Under the pieces are notes generated by a model. It searched no databases and was not told the DNA's origin. It saw only the letters and a list, made by a program, of their open reading frames with translations. This document shows positions 28,559 to 36,823 of a stretch of 64,000 nt of DNA, one piece after another; the first letter of the stretch is position 1, and each line of letters opens with the position of its first letter. The DNA is from an uncultured Candidatus Saccharibacteria bacterium (lineage in GTDB: Bacteria; Patescibacteriota; Minisyncoccia; Phycocordibacterales; UBA2100). Where the stretch lies: contig CAZWFX010000001.1 of NCBI GenBank assembly GCA_964633425.1, positions 74,687 to 138,686 of the forward strand, in the 5' to 3' direction. The position numbers and the translations under genes were made by a program.

Positions 28559-29539
28559 ATGGCTCAATTTAGGTATTTTTCTGGCTTGTCTATGTATTCG
28601 GATGCTAGCCCTAGCTCCAATCCTGACAAAAATAACATGGCGTGGAGCGTCACTCGTTCCTTAACCATGAACAACCCTGGGAATCAGTTTTACGACCTAG
28701 CCCCAGGAGAGACCCTAAGCGTCTTTAACGGTACCAGGAGCACGTCAATCGGATCTGGTACGGAGTTTGTCCTGGCCTTGTGGCTAGACACCACACTCTA
28801 TCGGATGTCCTGGACGGGCATTGGGGCGGCCCCCGTCTTTAGAACCGACAGAGGTCTCGCTGTTGACGGCGTTTCCTTGGCCCTAACAGCTAACTCTAAC
28901 GGGACGCTTACTGTTGTTGGTCCTGGCGTAACGTTCGCCTCTGTAGTGGCAGGAGACACTGTCTTCCTACCAGGCCCGTCCACTGGAGACTCTGCAACCG
29001 AGTTTTCCACCGAAAATGAGGGTTTTTGGACTGTCTTGTCTGCCTCAAACACCACCCTCCAACTTAAGCGCCCTAATAACGAAACCTTCGTAGGATTGAC
29101 CGAAACTGTTGTCCCAACAGACAACACCCAATTCATCGCGTTTTCTGCCTCTGGAGTCCAAGTAGGCGATACCATTAGGTTATCCGCCGGGTTTTCAGAC
29201 GTAAGCCTAAAGTCATACACGATTTCGGCCGTGGCCCCAGAATGGGTTGAGTTCTACGACAGCTCTTCACTTCCCGTTACAGAGACGGCCATTCCAGGCG
29301 TTGCTGGAGTAACGATTTACACAAAAGCCAAGAATTTCATATACTTAGAGTACGATCAGGAGTGTGTTGCTCAATTAAACGGAGACACTGGTACGACCAA
29401 CAGGCTATCACCAGTAGTGGCGGGTGATGAGGATTGGACTGGAATCACGGTACGATTTGGTCCTTGCTGGTCATTGACGGTAATCAACACAAGCCAAGAA
29501 ACTCTCCACCTATTGGTTGGAGGGGCCGAGAAAGCATAA
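28559..29539 (+). CDS. Hypothetical virion protein (Ser/Thr/Gly-rich)
   Basis: ORF between terL and the portal gene. AGGAGG SD. Beta-rich composition. Confidence 0.35.
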   Translation: MAQFRYFSGLSMYSDASPSSNPDKNNMAWSVTRSLTMNNPGNQFYDLAPGETLSVFNGTRSTSIGSGTEFVLALWLDTTLYRMSWTGIGAAPVFRTDRGLAVDGVSLALTANSNGTLTVVGPGVTFASVVAGDTVFLPGPSTGDSATEFSTENEGFWTVLSASNTTLQLKRPNNETFVGLTETVVPTDNTQFIAFSASGVQVGDTIRLSAGFSDVSLKSYTISAVAPEWVEFYDSSSLPVTETAIPGVAGVTIYTKAKNFIYLEYDQECVAQLNGDTGTTNRLSPVVAGDEDWTGITVRFGPCWSLTVINTSQETLHLLVGGAEKA

Positions 29540-29542
29540 TTC

Positions 29543-31633
29543 ATGTCTGAAGTTAAAGATCCTATCTTACAGTCCTTAGTTGAAAATGAAGATCCGAGGG
29601 TGGATTCAAACGGAGGGCCTTCAAGACTTTACAAGAGCGTTGCGGACACTCTTTCGCTAACGGCGTCTGAGGATGAAAAGGTCCATCGGCTCGCATTTGA
29701 GCGAGATCCGAACAGAATCTACAACAGCTTCATCTACGTTGGCAAGTCAAATCGCGTCTTGGCTGATTCAACGATCAAGAAGATGGTCCTTACGGACGAT
29801 CTCGTCGGGACGATTGTCGGCCGCAGGCAGGATCACCTATCTCGATTTGGTCGAGAGCAGCCCAACCGCTCGTCTCTGGGATTTGTTATCGAAAAGACCC
29901 AGTACATGGCCCAAGAGATCGCCAAGATTAAGGACGATCAAAAACGCCAGCAGGTCCTGGATGAACTCAACGAAAAGATCCAGCGAGTGATCCGCCTCAT
30001 TTCCACTTGCGGAGACCCAAACGCGGCCACTGACAAAATGGACTTTTCTGAGTACCTTGGGTTGATTGCTCGAAATGCTGTAGCCCACGGACGGTGTGCT
30101 ACGGAAATCGTTTACGAGACAGATATCTGGACAGGAACTCAAAAGTTCTCCTACTTCAGACCGACAGACGTCGCGACTATTTTTAAGGCTCGTCCATTTA
30201 GCCGTCAGACTCAGTCTGTTAGAGAGTCGGGCCTAAAGGAGATTGAGCGTCTCCAGGAATGTCAAATCGATCCTCAGAAATGGATTAACGAGGAGTACGC
30301 CTGGATCCAGGTAATGGAGGACGGAACTCCCAAGATGGCCTTTACGGCCAAGGAGATGGTCTGTAAGAACTTCTATCCGGCTCTCGACGTAGAGCTAGAA
30401 GGCTATCCAGTCACTCCAATCGACGTGGCCATTACTTCAATTATAAGCCACATCAGCCTCACTCGCTACAACAAGTTATACTTCGAGTCTGGCAGATCCG
30501 CCAAGGGTATGTTGGTTCTAGAATCTAATTCTATTGACCAAAAGGAAGTGGAAAAAATCCGCCAGGGCTTCCAAGCCATGATCACCGGCAACAACAACGC
30601 CCACCGGATGCCACTTATCAATATCGATAAAGACGACAAACTGATCTTTTCTCCGTTTGAGACTGGCTCAAAAGATATGGAATTTCAATATCTTAGCGAC
30701 ATGACCGCTAGGATTATTTTCAGTGCTTTTGGTATGTCTCCGGATGAAATCACTGGGTGGGCGTATCTTTCCAGAGGTATGTCGAACCAGGGATTGGCGG
30801 AGTCGAACAACTCGTTCAACTTGACGGCGACCAGAGACACGGCGATTCGCTCGTTGCTTGGCAATGTAGAGAACTATCTAAACAGAGAGATTCTACCGTT
30901 ACTAGATCCTCAACTGGCGGACAAGGTGGTGATCCGTCTGGTTGGTCTGGATGCCGAGACTCCAGAAAAAGAGTCTATTCGTCTGCAGCAGGACCTCAAG
31001 ATCCATTACACAATGGACGACGTCCTACGCAAGGTCAACAAGCCGCCCATTGGCAAGTGGATGGGTGGAGAGCTGCCATTTAGTCCGGACTACCAAGCCA
31101 AGCTGGATGCCTATTTTACCGTTGGCGAGATCCTTGAATTCTTTTGCGGAAGAGAAGGGGCCTCCAGGGATCCTCTCTTGGCCTATCGTAGAGATCCTTT
31201 CTGGTTCCAGCACTTGCAGTTCCAGCAGTCTGAAAGACAAATGCAGCAGCAGGAACAGATGATGCAGCAGGAATCGCAGCAGCAACAGGGAGGCGGAACC
31301 GACGGGGACTCTGGCAAGGATACTCCTTCTCAGAAAGATCCGCAGCAAGGACAGATGACCGAACAGGATCAGGCTAGGGGCGGGAACGATCCGCAAAACC
31401 TACCCAAAAACCCAGATCCAGCCAAGTCCAATAAGGGATTTGAGCGTAAAATGGCCGATCTTAATGCCAGCATCGGAGAGGCTTTAACAGAAATCTCCAA
31501 GTCTGAGTATACCAGATCGGACCAGATGGCCCAAAAACAAAATTCAGTAGTACGAAATCTAGTAAAAGATCTTAACAAAGAAGCCTCCAGGGCTCTTGAA
31601 GATATGATGAGGTTGCTTAGACCTCTTAAGTAG
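29543..31633 (+). CDS. Putative portal protein
   Basis: A 696-aa protein directly downstream of terL and upstream of a Mu-F-like head protein. Gln/acid-rich C-terminal tail. Assignment is mainly by position and size. Confidence 0.45.
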   Translation: MSEVKDPILQSLVENEDPRVDSNGGPSRLYKSVADTLSLTASEDEKVHRLAFERDPNRIYNSFIYVGKSNRVLADSTIKKMVLTDDLVGTIVGRRQDHLSRFGREQPNRSSLGFVIEKTQYMAQEIAKIKDDQKRQQVLDELNEKIQRVIRLISTCGDPNAATDKMDFSEYLGLIARNAVAHGRCATEIVYETDIWTGTQKFSYFRPTDVATIFKARPFSRQTQSVRESGLKEIERLQECQIDPQKWINEEYAWIQVMEDGTPKMAFTAKEMVCKNFYPALDVELEGYPVTPIDVAITSIISHISLTRYNKLYFESGRSAKGMLVLESNSIDQKEVEKIRQGFQAMITGNNNAHRMPLINIDKDDKLIFSPFETGSKDMEFQYLSDMTARIIFSAFGMSPDEITGWAYLSRGMSNQGLAESNNSFNLTATRDTAIRSLLGNVENYLNREILPLLDPQLADKVVIRLVGLDAETPEKESIRLQQDLKIHYTMDDVLRKVNKPPIGKWMGGELPFSPDYQAKLDAYFTVGEILEFFCGREGASRDPLLAYRRDPFWFQHLQFQQSERQMQQQEQMMQQESQQQQGGGTDGDSGKDTPSQKDPQQGQMTEQDQARGGNDPQNLPKNPDPAKSNKGFERKMADLNASIGEALTEISKSEYTRSDQMAQKQNSVVRNLVKDLNKEASRALEDMMRLLRPLK

Positions 31634-31635
31634 CT

Positions 31636-32310
31636 ATGATCACTAAGAAAATCGCTAAAGCCATTGGCTCTATAATTGATAGGGCCCTATTGACCATCAC
31701 AAACAACCTTTTGGATGGCATTGAGGAGGTGTATCGGTGGTCTGCGGTATTGGCCGGAGCGTCTTCGGCTGACAGGGAGGCCCTGGCGGACCTTTCTCGT
31801 GTTTCTGAGATGTACATGGTCGCAGAGACGGCAAGGGCCAAGGCGACCGCCATGAAAGCGGTTTCAGACGCCATCAAGAACGAGACGTCGGTTGAAGAGG
31901 CCTTGGGACAGGCAATGGAGAAGGCCAAGGCCAACCTGACCAGAATCATTGAAAATGAGGTTAGTGTGGCCAAAAACCTTGGGGCGCTTGAGGGGATAGT
32001 TGAGAAAAGCCCTTCAGACGATCCTGTGATGTTTTGGATTTGCCAACACGATCACAAACTTTGCGAAGAATGCAAAGAACTTCACCTTTTACCAGACGGA
32101 TACACCCCCAGGGTCTGGAAGGTGTCTGAGGTAGAACACGGATATCACAAAAAGGGAGACCCAAGCCCCAAGTTTGGCGGTTTGCACCCAAACGAGAGAT
32201 GCGCTCCAGCCAGCGTTCTACCGGGATGGGGGTTTGATCGTGGCCAGCTGAGATGGATTTCCGACGGTCACGACGAGTGGGCCACACAAAGAAAACTAGA
32301 CAAGAAATAA
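31636..32310 (+). CDS. Head morphogenesis protein, Phage Mu F / SPP1 gp7 family
   Basis: C-terminal conserved LHPNERC (family signature HPNCRC), preceded by CQHDHKLCEEC. Located after the portal gene. Confidence 0.55.
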   Translation: MITKKIAKAIGSIIDRALLTITNNLLDGIEEVYRWSAVLAGASSADREALADLSRVSEMYMVAETARAKATAMKAVSDAIKNETSVEEALGQAMEKAKANLTRIIENEVSVAKNLGALEGIVEKSPSDDPVMFWICQHDHKLCEECKELHLLPDGYTPRVWKVSEVEHGYHKKGDPSPKFGGLHPNERCAPASVLPGWGFDRGQLRWISDGHDEWATQRKLDKK

Positions 32311-32326
32311 TCTTTGTAGGTAACAC

Positions 32327-32695
32327 ATGCACTCTTATATTTACGCCCATCCATTTAGGACGACCGCAACGGGCAGCGGAACCGCGGCAGGGACTATTAC
32401 CCTAACCGACGTCCAGGGCATTTATGTTGGCCAGGTTGGCTGGCTCAAGTCCGCTGCGGCGGGCCCGTCAAGAGTCAAGGTGCTGAAAATTAACACCACC
32501 TCCAAGACCGTAACCCTGCAAATTCTGCCAAATGAGATGAGTCAGACCTCCAGCGGACAGTTTACTTACCCAACCGTAAACTACAACCCGTCGGATATTA
32601 GCGGCTTCTTGCTTGCCAATAGCCCTGTAATTTCGTTTCCTGGACAAGTCGTTCAGGTTTACCTTTCGTTTTCTAAGCCAGGCGCAGTTGTCTAG
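32327..32695 (+). CDS. Hypothetical protein
   Basis: TAATCTTTGTAGGTAAC late motif upstream. Confidence 0.4.
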   Translation: MHSYIYAHPFRTTATGSGTAAGTITLTDVQGIYVGQVGWLKSAAAGPSRVKVLKINTTSKTVTLQILPNEMSQTSSGQFTYPTVNYNPSDISGFLLANSPVISFPGQVVQVYLSFSKPGAVV

Positions 32696-32737
32696 GCTAG
32701 AAACTTAATCTTTACCACTAGGAGATTTTGAGATAAA

Positions 32738-33496
32738 ATGTCGGTTACTTTGAAGCAGTTCGGAGAAGAGTTTAAGATTCAGCGCCTGGATCGTAAGTTT
32801 GGCGGCACTACCGCTGACGTACTTACGGTTGACGGAGACGGCGTCCTGACTGCCGGAGATCTTTCGGTAGACGCTGATGGCGTTGTTACGATTGCGGGAA
32901 CGGCCGTTCTTTCTGGCACGGTTTCTGACAACCTGTCGATGGCGTCTGGCAAGGACATTACCTTTGCTGGCGGCGCGTCGGACCTGGACATGTCGCTGTC
33001 GTCCGGTGCATTTCAGACTCCAACTGGTCAGACCACACTGAACGGTGCCGTGTCGCTTGCCTCGGGCAAGGATATCGTGTTCGCTGGCGGCGCGTCGGAC
33101 CTGGACATGTCGCTGTCGAGCGGCATCCTAAAGGGCCCGACTGGCCTGACAACCTTTGCCGGCAAGATCGCTGCTACGGCATCGGCGTGGGCCATTACGG
33201 ACCCAGGTAACGCCGGAGCCATTCCGGTGACCTCATCGGGAGTGTGTGCAATGACCTCGGCTGGAGCCGAGACACGCACCCTGGCGATTCCGACCTTCGT
33301 TGGTCAGCAGCTCACCCTTATCTGCGACACCTATGTAGGCAATATCGTGGTTACTTCCGCTCAGGCGATCAACCAGGCGGGAAATACCACAATGACCTTT
33401 GGTGCGGCGGCTGACTACATCAAGCTTGAGGCAGCTACGGTTGGTGGTGCTCTCAGGTGGCGTGTAGCGGCAAACGACGGAACTGCCCTATCGTAA
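32738..33496 (+). CDS. Hypothetical structural protein with an internal duplicated segment
   Basis: GKDITFAGGASDLDMSLSSG occurs twice at the protein level. TAGGAG SD. Confidence 0.4.
   Translation: MSVTLKQFGEEFKIQRLDRKFGGTTADVLTVDGDGVLTAGDLSVDADGVVTIAGTAVLSGTVSDNLSMASGKDITFAGGASDLDMSLSSGAFQTPTGQTTLNGAVSLASGKDIVFAGGASDLDMSLSSGILKGPTGLTTFAGKIAATASAWAITDPGNAGAIPVTSSGVCAMTSAGAETRTLAIPTFVGQQLTLICDTYVGNIVVTSAQAINQAGNTTMTFGAAADYIKLEAATVGGALRWRVAANDGTALS
32941..33123 (+). repeat. Tandem ~120-nt duplication inside the ORF
   Basis: ggcaagga(c/t)at...ttcgctggcggcgcgtcggacctggacatgtcgctgtcg is repeated ~120 nt apart with few mismatches. Confidence 0.6.
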
Positions 33497-33507
33497 TTTT
33501 TAATCAC

Positions 33508-33537
33508 GCTGGCAGTTCTCAACCGAGGGCTGCCAGC
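33508..33537. terminator. Hairpin, candidate bidirectional terminator between convergent genes
   Basis: GCTGGCAG ... CTGCCAGC is a perfect 8-bp stem that can extend by CTC/GAG. No T-run, so it is not a classic intrinsic terminator. Confidence 0.3.
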
Positions 33538-33761
33538 ATTCCCGCTATCTGGTGCGCTGAACACAGCTTCACCATCATAAATCTCCTTCCAATCCACTTG
33601 TAGTCGTCTACTTCCAGTACCCACTCATCACCCACTTTCCAGACAGTGGAGACTACCTGGTGGCTTCGCCACAGCCATTCCTGGGCCTGTTGGGCAACCC
33701 TGTGATCGATTACTGGCAGCGTGCTCACAGAGCCGGCTGTGGGGATGTCTGACAACTTCAC
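33519..33761 (-). CDS. Hypothetical protein (antisense to the surrounding head genes)
   Basis: 80-aa ORF. Confidence 0.3.
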   Translation of the reverse strand: MKLSDIPTAGSVSTLPVIDHRVAQQAQEWLWRSHQVVSTVWKVGDEWVLEVDDYKWIGRRFMMVKLCSAHQIAGMLAALG

Positions 33762-33861
33762 TAACTTAGACCTCCATTTTTAGATTGCATCCAGAAAGAT
33801 GTGGTTGTCAAGTCCTAAATAGCCCCTTGACGAAAACGCCTTCATGGACTAGGTTTGCCAA

Positions 33862-34257
33862 ATGGAACTCATTTTAAGGTCTTTGTTAGCATTCTTAGCA
33901 TCATTTCATCTGGAGTTTGGGCTGGCCTATACCTTCAGCGCCTCTGAAGGGCCGCCTTCCAATCCCAATCCCAATGCAGCCTGCCTGGGGAGGGACCTCC
34001 GAGATGACTCTGACTTTGCTGTTGCCCACAGATCCCTGCCATGCAGATCCAAGATCCGCATTTTTAACCTTGACAACGGACGTCATGTTACGGCTATAGT
34101 GGCAGACAGAGGCCCTTACGGCAAGACCAGGAACGGGAAGTACCGAGCCGTCCTGGACATGGCACCCCTGGTAAACAGGGCCCTTAAGGCCAAGGGGCAG
34201 GCCAATGTCATGATCTTGTTCGTAAAATCAGACAATAAACAGGAATCGGCTAAATGA
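33862..34257 (+). CDS. RlpA-like double-psi beta-barrel (DPBB) protein, putative peptidoglycan-binding or lytic-transglycosylase-like
   Basis: AVAHRSLPCRSKIRIFNLDNGRHVTAIVADRGPYGKTRN...LDMAPLVNRAL matches the RlpA DPBB core (AAHrtLPfgT.vrVtNl.NGrsvvVrinDRGPf..gRiiDLS.aAa..Lg). Hydrophobic N-terminus. Confidence 0.65.
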   Translation: MELILRSLLAFLASFHLEFGLAYTFSASEGPPSNPNPNAACLGRDLRDDSDFAVAHRSLPCRSKIRIFNLDNGRHVTAIVADRGPYGKTRNGKYRAVLDMAPLVNRALKAKGQANVMILFVKSDNKQESAK

Positions 34258-34847
34258 ACAACCCCAACGACAAATCCACACAAGATCCAGCACAAGATCC
34301 AGCCAAAGATCCGTCAAATTCAAAACCACAAACAGGATATCTCCTCGCTCCACTTCCGACTCAGGTATTTGGAGCACCGGCCATGACACCGACATATACA
34401 ATGCCCGGAGCTTATATCCCTGCTGGACCGATTATCTTCGCTCCTACGTTTAAACGTCAGACGGTCCTTTCAATGAACCTTGACGACAAGGGCAACCTCA
34501 AATACCCCCTCCAAAAGGGAGACTATGTCGCCAACGTGGCGTACCCAGGGGTGAAATTCGTGATCAAGGACATGATCCCATCTAGGACGTCCCAGTACGG
34601 AGGATATGAGGTTCGCGTAGAGTACGTGGAAGGATCGGACTCGGTAATGAAGACCTGGGACCCCTATCTCTGGGACCCTGCCTCAGATTTCTATCCCTAT
34701 GATCTGGCAGTTCAGTTTTGGCCAAACAAATACACACCCAAAACAGATAATCGTTATCCACACAAATGCACGTTTTGCGGAGGGCCTGCCTATATCGGCT
34801 TTAGCTCACTCGACTGCAAAAATAAGTGTAATGGGAAGAAACGTTAG
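34254..34847 (+). CDS. Hypothetical protein with a C-terminal Cys cluster
   Basis: HKCTFCGG...CKNKCNG. Confidence 0.35.
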   Translation: MNNPNDKSTQDPAQDPAKDPSNSKPQTGYLLAPLPTQVFGAPAMTPTYTMPGAYIPAGPIIFAPTFKRQTVLSMNLDDKGNLKYPLQKGDYVANVAYPGVKFVIKDMIPSRTSQYGGYEVRVEYVEGSDSVMKTWDPYLWDPASDFYPYDLAVQFWPNKYTPKTDNRYPHKCTFCGGPAYIGFSSLDCKNKCNGKKR

Positions 34848-35206
34848 TGACCAGAAAAGCGATCGTAGAGGTGCTTGGCTAGATACCCAAAAGATGTCCC
34901 GAATATGGTGCCAAGTAGACCATAAATGGTCTGTTTGAACTTGGCCATCTTGACTTCCTTTGCGGCGATTAGATCTAGGGATTTTTCGTGAGATTGGACC
35001 TTTTGCGATAGGTCCTCGACAGAGCTTTTGACGGATTTGATTTCGTCAGAGAGACGGACACTGCCTTCGCTGACTTGAAGGCTAATATACTTTAAGGCCG
35101 TTGATGTCTCGGCCAATGACGACTTGATTTCAGATCTTTCTGACTCCAGGTCTGTAAGCCTGTTGTCGAGATATCCATAACTATCGGCAAAGGTCTTTGG
35201 GCCCAT
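34844..35206 (-). CDS. Hypothetical coiled-coil protein with a C-terminal TM helix
   Basis: TAATCTTTTAGGTAAC late motif upstream on the minus strand. Confidence 0.4.
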   Translation of the reverse strand: MGPKTFADSYGYLDNRLTDLESERSEIKSSLAETSTALKYISLQVSEGSVRLSDEIKSVKSSVEDLSQKVQSHEKSLDLIAAKEVKMAKFKQTIYGLLGTIFGTSFGYLAKHLYDRFSGH

Positions 35207-35231
35207 CTCTTGTTACCTAAAAGATTACCAC

Positions 35232-35687
35232 TCACAAGCCCAATTCCCTCAGCGCCTCCAAGGCGTCGTCGAGTGTCGAGTGGGGCCTCTCATACTGCGT
35301 CCCCCACGAAGGATCTTGGTGGTCTGGATCCGCGTGCCCCTGGTGGCCCAAAACAGCGTGGAGTAGCTCGTGGGCTAGACTGGTGCCGCTAAATTGCCTG
35401 GTCCCAGGCTCCCAAGCCACCTGGCCAACATACAGATCAGGCCAAAAAACTCCAGAAGCACATAGATCCATCAGCGGCCCCTTCATGTTGTACCTTAGAT
35501 AAAATCCTGTCCCGTAGGAACAGTTTAGATTTTGGCTAAAAACCCAAAGGATTTCAGGGGGTTCCGTCGTTTGTTTGTAAACACCATTCCAAACCACTGC
35601 GATAGCCAGGTCTTGGTTTGGAAGTTTTAGGGGTTTTGCGGAGCAACCGATGAGAAGGGCGGCGATCAGGGCGATTACGTACTTCAA
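35232..35687 (-). CDS. Secreted lipoprotein zinc metallopeptidase (HExxH)
   Basis: Lipobox LIGCSA. SLAHELLHAVLGHQGH contains HExxH plus a downstream His. Strong SD GGAGGTGA with a TTG start. Confidence 0.5.
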   Translation of the reverse strand: MKYVIALIAALLIGCSAKPLKLPNQDLAIAVVWNGVYKQTTEPPEILWVFSQNLNCSYGTGFYLRYNMKGPLMDLCASGVFWPDLYVGQVAWEPGTRQFSGTSLAHELLHAVLGHQGHADPDHQDPSWGTQYERPHSTLDDALEALRELGL

Positions 35688-35761
35688 GGCTCACCTCCAT
35701 CTTACTATAGATAAAGCTTAATGGCCGGTGGGCCAAAAAGTCAAGGGCTATATTTGGTAAG

Positions 35762-36328
35762 GTGGAACACAAAAAGAAGCCTGTTGGTGGAGAGCAGCCC
35801 AACAAACTACCTCTTTTCCTAGACAGGAAGAGGAAGGTGTCCTACTCGTTGTATCGGTGGGATAAACCCGAGGAGGTGCTTTATCGGGTCAACAAAGAAT
35901 CAACTCTTCGGCTTTTGGTGGAGGAGGCGATGGCAAAAGGGGTGTCTCTGGATCGGGTAAACCTAACCAATGCGTACCTGTACGGCCTAACCACACCCAA
36001 GACTCATAGGGTTATGCGATCCGCCAAGTTGGACTGGTCCCTACTGGCGTATTCTCAGTGGACCCTGGTGGATTTGTCGTATTCTTCAATACAAAAGGCG
36101 GTTTTAACAGGCAGTCAGTTTAGGATGTGTGTCTTTGAAGAGGTGGATTTTGAAGAATCTGATCTAACCAGATGTCGTTTTGTGGAGTGCAGGTTCGTTC
36201 GCTGTAACTTCAAGAACACCGTTGCTAAAAAGACCAAGTTTTACAAGTGCCTGTTTGACAGGTGCCTTAGTCAGCCAGATCTTGGTTTTAAGTCTCACTT
36301 GATAAAAACCCAAAAAATAGACTTCTAG
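35762..36328 (+). CDS. Pentapeptide-repeat protein
   Basis: Clear 5-residue periodicity: VDLSY SSIQK AVLTG SQFRM CVFEE VDFEE SDLTR CRFVE CRFVR CNFKN. GTG start preceded by GGCTATAT. Confidence 0.5.
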   Translation: MEHKKKPVGGEQPNKLPLFLDRKRKVSYSLYRWDKPEEVLYRVNKESTLRLLVEEAMAKGVSLDRVNLTNAYLYGLTTPKTHRVMRSAKLDWSLLAYSQWTLVDLSYSSIQKAVLTGSQFRMCVFEEVDFEESDLTRCRFVECRFVRCNFKNTVAKKTKFYKCLFDRCLSQPDLGFKSHLIKTQKIDF

Positions 36329-36780
36329 AAGGCCTGGAGGGTATACCGAAGACAGTCCCAGTCTTTGGGTACTGGATTGGAGACGATCTTATGCCACTGC
36401 TTGGCCACCTTCTCATCGGTAACCCCGTGGACGTTGCGGTTTTTGCTAGGGAGAGTGAAGGTGACCACAACTACTTGGAACCCATGCTCCTTCCCGATCT
36501 GGTAGTAAGGAGACATCTCCTTTACGGTCGTGTTGGTGTTGTCGATGATGATCTTGATTGGTTGAATGAATGGGTCGGTGCTGGAGCCTCTGGCCAACTC
36601 CTTGGCCAGTCTCAGGCATCTACCATGAGCGTCGCCCAGTTTGGCTGGGTCGAACTTGTAGGTGTCGTCCTCTTGGACAAAGTAGTCGTCCGCCGAGCAG
36701 ACATAGCCACCAAGGGTCTTGGCAAAGGTAGACTTCCCAGACCCAGAAACCCCTCTTAGAATAAACATGGTGTTTGGCAT
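36325..36780 (-). CDS. P-loop nucleotide/polynucleotide kinase (T4 Pnk kinase-domain-like; no phosphatase domain)
   Basis: FILRGVSGSGKSTFAK resembles T4 Pnk IILTIGCPGSGKSTWARE. IIIDNTN resembles VIISDTN. Only 151 aa. Confidence 0.5.
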   Translation of the reverse strand: MPNTMFILRGVSGSGKSTFAKTLGGYVCSADDYFVQEDDTYKFDPAKLGDAHGRCLRLAKELARGSSTDPFIQPIKIIIDNTNTTVKEMSPYYQIGKEHGFQVVVVTFTLPSKNRNVHGVTDEKVAKQWHKIVSNPVPKDWDCLRYTLQAF

Positions 36781-36823
36781 TGGGTGATTAGAGCACAGGA
36801 CCTACGCAGCAGTCAAGCACGAA

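Noticed and set aside
28559-29539. Calling this ORF the small terminase or the major capsid protein
   Set aside because: It lies downstream, not upstream, of terL. It has no DNA-binding or capsid-fold hallmarks recognisable by eye. Left as a hypothetical virion protein.
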